Made by a program: the position numbers and the translations under genes. Of a DNA stretch of 64,000 nucleotides, positions 57,801 to 64,000 are shown piece by piece (the first letter of the stretch is position 1; each line of letters begins with the position of its first letter). The DNA lies in IMG/VR virus record IMGVR_UViG_3300031963_000004, positions 62,001 to 126,000 of that record. One strand, 5' to 3'. Under the pieces are notes generated by a model. The model saw nothing but the letters and a program-made list of their open reading frames with translations, ran no database searches and was not told where the DNA came from.

Positions 57801-58503
57801 CCATACACTTTCGTAATGCTTTTTGACTTTGCTGATACTTAGTACCTTGATTATTCGGTACTACATAGCAAGGTCCTCCATCAGAGTCCCATTGTGTTCC
57901 AAATACATGAACATATGGAGGTTCATGTTTATTCGGCATCCAACCAAAGTCAAAGTTTGATACATCTACGTTAACAGGCACAGCCCAAAATTCTGTATCA
58001 AAGTATAAGCTAACTAACTCTTTGAATTCTTTTTGAGAGGAAAATGTAAGGATAGGAGGAATTTTATATTTTAAGTCTATTGAAATATACTTTTGTTTTT
58101 CAGCGCCCTCTACATGATATTCTGCAACAATTTTTTCTTCTTCATCTATTGAACCAATAAAAATATACACGAAGGGTTCTTCAGTGTCATCAGGATGCCA
58201 GCTAAAGTCAAAATCTAATTTATCATTTTTAATAAAAAAGTTTTCTTTATGTTGCAAATGTCTTACTGTTTGAAAGTCATGGTACTTAACACCTTCACTT
58301 TCGGGAATTACAAACTTAGGTCCGCCAGTTTTCTGCCATTGTGTTCCAAACTGATGCGTATAAGGTCTGTCATAGTAACTAGGTCTCCATGAAAAGTCAA
58401 AGCCCTCAGTATCAACATTATCGGGGATAACCCAATAACCTTGTTCCCATAACTTAATTCTTTCTTCTATATCGTAATCTTTTTGTTCTACCATCATGAA
58501 CAC
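54835..58503 (-). CDS. 1222-aa protein with about 11 FDF(S)WxP repeats and a C-terminal glycosyltransferase-like domain
   Basis: Repeats read from the translation; the C-terminal ~230 aa are homologous to the 63173..64000 protein. Confidence 0.75.
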   Translation of the reverse strand: MFMMVEQKDYDIEERIKLWEQGYWVIPDNVDTEGFDFSWRPSYYDRPYTHQFGTQWQKTGGPKFVIPESEGVKYHDFQTVRHLQHKENFFIKNDKLDFDFSWHPDDTEEPFVYIFIGSIDEEEKIVAEYHVEGAEKQKYISIDLKYKIPPILTFSSQKEFKELVSLYFDTEFWAVPVNVDVSNFDFGWMPNKHEPPYVHVFGTQWDSDGGPCYVVPNNQGTKYQQSQKALRKCMVPIYEIDDTTTVEDLIYEYPSDAFWAVPNNIDKESFDFTWVPNRYDPPYIHQFGTRFNTSDGPAYVVPSNKGYKYHDYPLAAKIPLKKYTLDKINTLQKIISEHRTETFWVVPENLNDEDFDYSWEPPIGEPPYLHQFGTQWNQDAGPALIVPNYMGVKYQTFQIAKKSSDTVIHYIETDLDDLINEFPEDNFWAVPKGLDVSKFDFSWEPRKDEPYLHMFGTQWQNTGGPVYVVADYEGIKYQTFQAAIKLPDESRFTKLTTDEILFDYSWHHDDRDPPYIYKFGVKNEYRDNLKYVLEYKIEGATQTKFVANPIVKLINKNIKKYYIETTLEDLIKQHPDEMFWALNAELNYDKFDFSWEPEDYESPYVHVFGNKESLDLQTYFVIEKHCKEKIQYNYVSELEIDVDSKLDMFYIDRMNKDSLENFEILQEKFPQIKKTRFANGWAEVIASCANKSKTKLFWVLSSEIDYADFDFNYYPSIWQTRMLHVFKTQWTQWGYTYLVNKDSYLIEYKKDKLLEDMSMLNFVNKEAKIKESLHDIYLIDFGNQHTCLETLKDRVPNRNITVIPHDTDYYQTFFSIVESLPTKNEHYIWICSSICDYSNFDFTQTFDTGTSEQMYVFASNNQKFGDTFLVNVNELRMFLPIIKKLDDYPEINFKGEQSVPRLPAPVTIVDDDTLVNSIHNQVDFPYQVLITADNKNMRHEDIDTMSLWKAEDKTVIITSTGASRIIAPKETSKFVKKEIYDYPYIITSKKLSQSKPLDIVFFSNGEACAEENYEHLLNIAKDLPNIVVGVDGIKGRVASQHEAARMSNTPWYFLVNAKLKVNEDFNFDWQPDRLQIPKHYIFTATNPLNGLEYGHQAIVANNKKLTLNTIVKGLDFTLDSEHEVVNINSGISRFNTSKWDTWRTAFREVVKLKHSVETIGSEENKERLDIWLTVATGEYSEYCLKGANEAVKYYESVKGDFEKLRLTYDWAWIKEYYDNLYP

Positions 58504-59984
58504 ACCTTTATTTTATATTTGCTTTGAAATCTATCTGCATCTGCTCTATCATTTACCATTGGTTCACCTTTGATATTAAGTGAGGTGTTTAATAACATAG
58601 GACAACCTGTATGATAATGCCAAAATTCTAATAACTCTCTAATACCTGATCCGTCTTTAGGTACAGTCTGTACTCTACTTGTATTATCATGGTGTACGAT
58701 AGCAGGAAACTTTTCTGGATATTTACAGTTAGCAACTATTTGCATGTATCTACTATCTACCCAACATTTAGGCATATCAAAATATTCATTTGCATATTCT
58801 TCTAATATTACGGGTGCAAATGGTCTAAACTTTTGCCTACGCTTAATTTCATTTACTTTATCTTTTATTTCATTCCCTCTAGGATCAGCTAATAAACTGC
58901 GATTGCCTAATGCCCTAGGTCCAAACTCAGCACGACCTGAAGCTACACCCACTATCTTGTTTTTCTTAAGTTCATCATATAAATCTACAGTAGGATAATG
59001 CCCTTTTATGTTATGACCAAGATAAGCATTCTTCCAATTTAAATTACGCCCATAACCTAGTGCTGCTGCTCCTAAACTGCTACCTGCATCACCTGGATTA
59101 GGCATAATCCAAACTTTGTCAAAATATTTACCTAGTATTCTGTTAGCCAAACAATTTAATGCAACGCCACCACCGTATACTAAGTTATTACTATAACCTT
59201 TTTCTTTGCACAGTGTTAACGCTACTTCTAACATTTCTTCTAAAAACTTCTGCGCACTAGCTGCTATATCCATTTCATTAGCATGATGCAAGAAGCTATG
59301 GCGTTCGTCTATACCAGTATGTAAGTTTTCTTTGAATTCAAAATTGTTTTTATCGTATACAAATGATTCAAACATTTGTTCGGTGTATGTAGGGTTGCCA
59401 TAAGCAGCCATACCCATCATAATGTATTCTTCATCCATCGGATGTAAACCTACATGTTGTGTCATAGCACTGTAGAATAAGCCTAAGCTATTTGGATATT
59501 TTTTTGTATACAGATTTTTATATATAGCTTTACCATTACGGTCATAATCTGCATCCCAAATTGATATTGTGTCAAATTCTCCGATAGCATCTATTATTAA
59601 TACCGTAGCATTATTGAACGGACTTGTTTGAAAACCTGCTGCTGCATGGCTTAAATGATGATTGTGATAGTGTAACTTTTTCTTACCTAATCTTTTTTGA
59701 ACTTCTTTACCTATTAATCTTGTTTTACTAAAAACAGAGAAATCTAGTGGTTCACCTGATCGCAATGACCTTAAGAATCGTAAATAAGGTCTTTCGTAAT
59801 AATGTAAATCATGCCCTGAGGAAGAATGTTTTAGTACGTCCGTAATTAAATGAACGTTTAAGTTTGGGTCATTTTTAATTTTGCTATATCTTTCGCTGTG
59901 ACCAGCGAAAAGAATATTACCACGGTCGTCTATTAAACTGACCGCTGCATCATGAAATCCGTTGCTTATGCCTATAAAATTCAT
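58494..59984 (-). CDS. Carbamoyltransferase, NodU/CmcH family
   Basis: FHDAAV, SERYS, HHLSHAA, EFGPRALGNRSLL, FRPFAP, LNTSLN. Confidence 0.95.
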   Translation of the reverse strand: MNFIGISNGFHDAAVSLIDDRGNILFAGHSERYSKIKNDPNLNVHLITDVLKHSSSGHDLHYYERPYLRFLRSLRSGEPLDFSVFSKTRLIGKEVQKRLGKKKLHYHNHHLSHAAAGFQTSPFNNATVLIIDAIGEFDTISIWDADYDRNGKAIYKNLYTKKYPNSLGLFYSAMTQHVGLHPMDEEYIMMGMAAYGNPTYTEQMFESFVYDKNNFEFKENLHTGIDERHSFLHHANEMDIAASAQKFLEEMLEVALTLCKEKGYSNNLVYGGGVALNCLANRILGKYFDKVWIMPNPGDAGSSLGAAALGYGRNLNWKNAYLGHNIKGHYPTVDLYDELKKNKIVGVASGRAEFGPRALGNRSLLADPRGNEIKDKVNEIKRRQKFRPFAPVILEEYANEYFDMPKCWVDSRYMQIVANCKYPEKFPAIVHHDNTSRVQTVPKDGSGIRELLEFWHYHTGCPMLLNTSLNIKGEPMVNDRADADRFQSKYKIKVCS

Positions 59985-60082
59985 TTGTAAATAAATGGAT
60001 CACGTTTTCTTGCTTCTCTTAATTTTTTTCTGTGTAATAATTCTCTGCGAATTTTATTTAAAATCATTCTAATAAAATACAT
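59981..60082 (-). CDS. 33-aa basic peptide coupled to the carbamoyltransferase (not in the ORF track)
   Basis: MYFIRMILNKIRRELLHRKKLREARKRDPFIYK; its TGA overlaps the carbamoyltransferase ATG. Confidence 0.65.
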   Translation of the reverse strand: MYFIRMILNKIRRELLHRKKLREARKRDPFIYK

Positions 60083-60086
60083 AATT

Positions 60087-60902
60087 TTACCTTAGATGCT
60101 CAACTTTCCAGTCTTGATATGGCAATAACCCTGCATTGACATAATCCATATATTGTTGAATAGTGTTAACAGGTTTTAATAAATTTTTCTTAAATTTATC
60201 CATACTTATATGATCTACTTTTTTAGTTTTTACTGCTTCTACTAACATGTTAGACAAAATTTCAAGATTCGGAATACTCATATGATTATCCCTTAAATCA
60301 ATTTGTGTTTTCTTTATCCAATTATAGTAAGCAGTTTCTGGTTTATCTGAAATTAATTCTTCATTGCATATTGTAAGCAATTCAATGTTTGGTCGTAAAA
60401 AATTATCTAGTTCTTTTGCAAAAGAAACATTTACAGTGATATTACTATTCATGAGAAAGATAAACGTAACCTTAGGTAGTTTTTCTGCGATATTTCTTAC
60501 TAAATGAGTCATTGCCTCATGAGTCACAGTTTCTATATACCCATCTTGATTAGCAACAAACCATTCTAAATATTTTTTATTTTCTCTGTACCATTCATGT
60601 TTTGGTAACTTATAATCTGAGACTGGATGTAAATATACCGCTGCCGTTTCAGGTCTTTCTTTTTGAAATTCTAATTTTAATCTTCCCGGAGTACTTCTGC
60701 AAAATACAACCACATCACCGTCTACAAAACGTTCATAATCTTCAAGTAAGCATTTTAAGGCATGCTCAGTACTACCCCCAGTCATTGCTTTGTTTTTAAT
60801 TTTACATCCTAACTTAATTGCAAATCTACTGGGCCAATCTAAATTTTGTATGGGAGTAGAAGCAGAAGCAAAACTATCTCCATAAACATATACAGTATTC
60901 AT
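60087..60902 (-). CDS. SGNH/GDSL-like protein
   Basis: N-terminal VYGDSF, NKAMTGGS, late DNH. Confidence 0.65.
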   Translation of the reverse strand: MNTVYVYGDSFASASTPIQNLDWPSRFAIKLGCKIKNKAMTGGSTEHALKCLLEDYERFVDGDVVVFCRSTPGRLKLEFQKERPETAAVYLHPVSDYKLPKHEWYRENKKYLEWFVANQDGYIETVTHEAMTHLVRNIAEKLPKVTFIFLMNSNITVNVSFAKELDNFLRPNIELLTICNEELISDKPETAYYNWIKKTQIDLRDNHMSIPNLEILSNMLVEAVKTKKVDHISMDKFKKNLLKPVNTIQQYMDYVNAGLLPYQDWKVEHLR

Positions 60903-60903
60903 T

Positions 60904-61845
60904 TCAAATCCATTTACTTATATCAACATCACTAGAACAATGACAAATAGCATTTTTAGTGCAAACTACAGGCTTAGTTGGCCATATAATATCATCTGGT
61001 TTATTGATATTGCCTATAACTCCACCTACCCCGCAATTACCAAGATTAATATCGCCATTCCAATACACAAACATTGCCTTTATACCTATATCACAAGTAT
61101 AGTTGTAAAAGTTTGTCATTCCAGCATTTATGTAATCATTAGCTACTGGCATATAATGTTCTGTGCCATCATCAAAATAATATGTGTTATAATTAATTTG
61201 AGGATCTCTGATAAGTCGTTCTAGCTTTTCTTTTCTGTCTGTATACCCATTATTAGAAAAGAATTCTAATTGGTCTTTGTTATAAAGGTGCGCTTCTCTA
61301 TCTTTTCCAATCCAATCAGTTATTCTTACTGGCTCAACATTTAAACTAGGTATATCTAAAATCTTTTTATATAATTCCATTGACTGATCCCAGTATTTAG
61401 GATGCATCATTACTCTAACAGTTACATTTGTAATTTTACTACTAACTGTTACTTTTTCAATGAAGTCAGGATCAGGGAATTCAGGATGATATGAGAAACA
61501 AATGTAACTCATGTAGTATGCGATTTCTTCCCAATATCTTACAGTTCTTGCTGCGTTACTAGTCATTCCTATGCTATGATTTTTTTCATAGAGCATTTGA
61601 ACTAATTCTTTAAAGAAAGGACTTAAACTAGGTTCGCCACCTGTGATAGTTACATGAATTTTAGGATGTCTATCAAACAACATATGAAAGAATTTTTTAG
61701 CATTCTCCCATTCATAATGATGATTCTTACCCTCATGTAAATCGCTTGGGCAATAACTACACTTGTTTGTACAGATATTGTTTATTACCCAAGTTAAATG
61801 AAACGGTGCGTAATTAGGTTGTTCTATCCTTATTATCTTTTTCAT
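60904..61845 (-). CDS. Radical SAM protein
   Basis: CTNKCSYC, TGGEP, C-terminal Cys cluster (C...GNC...CTKNAICHC). Confidence 0.9.
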   Translation of the reverse strand: MKKIIRIEQPNYAPFHLTWVINNICTNKCSYCPSDLHEGKNHHYEWENAKKFFHMLFDRHPKIHVTITGGEPSLSPFFKELVQMLYEKNHSIGMTSNAARTVRYWEEIAYYMSYICFSYHPEFPDPDFIEKVTVSSKITNVTVRVMMHPKYWDQSMELYKKILDIPSLNVEPVRITDWIGKDREAHLYNKDQLEFFSNNGYTDRKEKLERLIRDPQINYNTYYFDDGTEHYMPVANDYINAGMTNFYNYTCDIGIKAMFVYWNGDINLGNCGVGGVIGNINKPDDIIWPTKPVVCTKNAICHCSSDVDISKWI

Positions 61846-63173
61846 CTATATTTTCCAGGATACATTGTACGCAAGCACTCTAGCTCAGGTATTGTATCAA
61901 ATATACTTTCATCTCTTACTTGATCCACTTGATAGCTTGTTCTTAAAAACTTAATAGCATCTTTAGGATTATGAGGCTTTTTCAACTCATGTATTATTTG
62001 TGCAAAATGAGGTCCTATATCTGTTGAATACTTTTTATCGTATTCTCCGATATAACCATTGATTCTTTCAATGATAGAATCTTTAAACTCATCTGGTAAA
62101 ATATGAACGTGATAATAACTAGGTTGTTCAAGTAGATTAATGAAGAAGTTTTTATACCAAAGCTTTTCTTTAATAACACCCAACTCTAGCAATTTATCAA
62201 TTATCTCAGGTAGTCTGAATACGTTCATAGCACCAATAGTTAATCCAGGTCTGACTATAAGATTATCCAATTTAGTCATTGCTATAAGATTTTCTTCTAC
62301 TTTAGGCCATATAGTACCGCTGCGAATTAACTCTGCTCTTGCACCTATCTCATCAATACTAGGCCAAATTTCTAACTTACCGTAATCCCATTGACTCCAG
62401 TAATCTAACACATTCTTTTTACCATATTCTAATACTGAACAGTTTGTATTATATGAAAGCTTAACGTCGAAACGTTTACCTTCAACTAACATATCAAGTA
62501 TCTGCCAATGCTCAGGCATTAACAATGGTTCACCACCTGCAAAGTAAATCTTCTCTACATGTTGAACCTGATCCTGTAAGAAATCATAGTTAGTTTGTTG
62601 ACCGACTGCATCAATATTCCAAACTTTTTCCTGATCAGTGTAGCCTAATTTCTTTGCATCAGGTACCCATGCTGAACTATATCTTGGCCCACAGCTACGA
62701 CATTTAAAATTACACAGATTACTAAATCTAAAGTCCCAATACTTTAATTTCATTTCATTACAAGTACCATCTTTTTCTGTAATGACTGGAATCTTTTTTA
62801 ATACTGATTTGAATTCACGGTTGTGATATATTCTACCACTTTCACCTGTAACTTTTTCTTTGTCGTAACACTTTCTACATATCTCAGGCTCCTCGTTGTT
62901 CATCATCTGTACACGGAGATTTTTCATATTGTCGCTGTTCCAAATCTGATCAATTGTTTGATGAGTTAGGTCGCCAGCAAAATAATTATATGTAGAAGTT
63001 AAGCAGCAAGGAACTACTTTACCGTTTGGTTCAAAGTTTAAGTGCATCCACGGGACTGCACATATTTTATTGTCTGTCTCTTTCATTAGCTTTCTGTATC
63101 TCCGTTTAGCATATTTGTACAACTGTGTGTTTAATAAAAATCTTTTAATCTTAACTTTAAGTGGAACTGACAT
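61842..63173 (-). CDS. Radical SAM protein with an N-terminal SPASM/twitch-like domain
   Basis: CAVPW...VPCC...CRKC precedes CNFKCRSC and AGGEP. Confidence 0.9.
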   Translation of the reverse strand: MSVPLKVKIKRFLLNTQLYKYAKRRYRKLMKETDNKICAVPWMHLNFEPNGKVVPCCLTSTYNYFAGDLTHQTIDQIWNSDNMKNLRVQMMNNEEPEICRKCYDKEKVTGESGRIYHNREFKSVLKKIPVITEKDGTCNEMKLKYWDFRFSNLCNFKCRSCGPRYSSAWVPDAKKLGYTDQEKVWNIDAVGQQTNYDFLQDQVQHVEKIYFAGGEPLLMPEHWQILDMLVEGKRFDVKLSYNTNCSVLEYGKKNVLDYWSQWDYGKLEIWPSIDEIGARAELIRSGTIWPKVEENLIAMTKLDNLIVRPGLTIGAMNVFRLPEIIDKLLELGVIKEKLWYKNFFINLLEQPSYYHVHILPDEFKDSIIERINGYIGEYDKKYSTDIGPHFAQIIHELKKPHNPKDAIKFLRTSYQVDQVRDESIFDTIPELECLRTMYPGKYR

Positions 63174-64000
63174 TACCAGCCTTCAATTTTCCGTATAATG
63201 TCCATTTCTCTGACTAAGGGACCTAAATTATATTTATCGGCATTATAGTGTCGTTTGAAGAACTTCGATTGTTCTGCACTTAACGCACACATAGGTAACC
63301 CTAACTTGTCAGACAATAACTCGGCTAATTGTTTAGGTTCATTATGTTCAAATGTGTCCCATAACTTTACTAGTTCATCAAAATCTTGAACTTTGTTATA
63401 GTCCCACTCAGTTAGCATAGTCAAATATGTTCCTAATCTTGCACCATAGATAGCCCATTCACCGTTCTCAACATCCATACCCACATTCTGCCATATAGTA
63501 AGATTATTAAGATTTCTACTCGCTACACTTTCTTTAAATGAACTAATACTTGGTTTATTGCCCACTACTAGGCACATCTTTACACCTTCTCTAAATCCTG
63601 CACGCCAAGCTTGAAATGGTGTATAGTTAGGATACGTGGTTGAATAACAATCATACATGCTCCAGTATATATTGTCACTACTATCTAAACAAAAATCAAC
63701 CGTCGTCGCCGCACCGCCGTCACTATTTTCGTGTGTTCGCATATTCATGACGTAAGTTTTAGTCCAACTACTCATGCCACCATTACCGTAACGTAAACCG
63801 TTAACAGCATTAATTGCTCTCCAACGATATTGTGCGATTTGATAGGTAGGGTGTTTATCAGTGAAATCTAAATCTAAATCAAAGAATGACGGATCAGGCA
63901 TATTGTCACCGTCGATTAATATAAATCTTTCTGTGTCGCTTGCCTCTGCTGCTGCTTTGTGTGCGGCATCACTTCCCTTAACTCCATCTACTCTTTTAGC
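63173..64000 (-). CDS. Glycosyltransferase-like (GT-A type) protein, partial (starts beyond the right edge)
   Basis: Frame is open to the edge: AKRVDGVKGSDAAHKAAA...FILIDGDN (DxD), NGLRYGNGG, AWRAGFREGVKM. Confidence 0.7.
   Translation of the reverse strand, partial: AKRVDGVKGSDAAHKAAAEASDTERFILIDGDNMPDPSFFDLDLDFTDKHPTYQIAQYRWRAINAVNGLRYGNGGMSSWTKTYVMNMRTHENSDGGAATTVDFCLDSSDNIYWSMYDCYSTTYPNYTPFQAWRAGFREGVKMCLVVGNKPSISSFKESVASRNLNNLTIWQNVGMDVENGEWAIYGARLGTYLTMLTEWDYNKVQDFDELVKLWDTFEHNEPKQLAELLSDKLGLPMCALSAEQSKFFKRHYNADKYNLGPLVREMDIIRKIEGW

Overview
This AT-rich window (roughly 35% GC by eye) is a segment of a large lytic tailed dsDNA phage genome, not a cellular chromosome. It uses the standard genetic code. 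Most genes are on the minus strand, with one plus-strand block at about 40.0-53.9 kb. It carries T4-like core genes: gp17 terminase, gp41 helicase, gp61 primase, gp32 SSB, UvsX/UvsY/UvsW, a probable gp62, ThyA, spanins and recurring TAAATA late promoters. The only polymerase gene in the window is a 193-aa DnaE-type (family C) catalytic core coupled to a DEDDh exonuclease. Accessory content: (1) a circularly permuted two-piece tmRNA gene (tag ANAANDEVFALAA); (2) a pstS plus OprO/OprP-type porin operon behind a Pho-box-like repeat; (3) a serine-glyoxylate aminotransferase, IscA and a signal-peptide-bearing SNase; (4) a MoxR/VWA-metallopeptidase pair within an array of early genes sharing a sigma70 promoter with a conserved spacer; (5) two giant repetitive fibre/adhesin proteins; (6) a glycosyltransferase-like repeat / carbamoyltransferase / SGNH / radical-SAM cluster. 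Two dispersed small-protein paralog families and widespread apparent leaderless transcripts are also visible. Host-derived genes point to a Gram-negative, probably betaproteobacterial, host. All product calls come from motif recognition by eye; no database searches were run.
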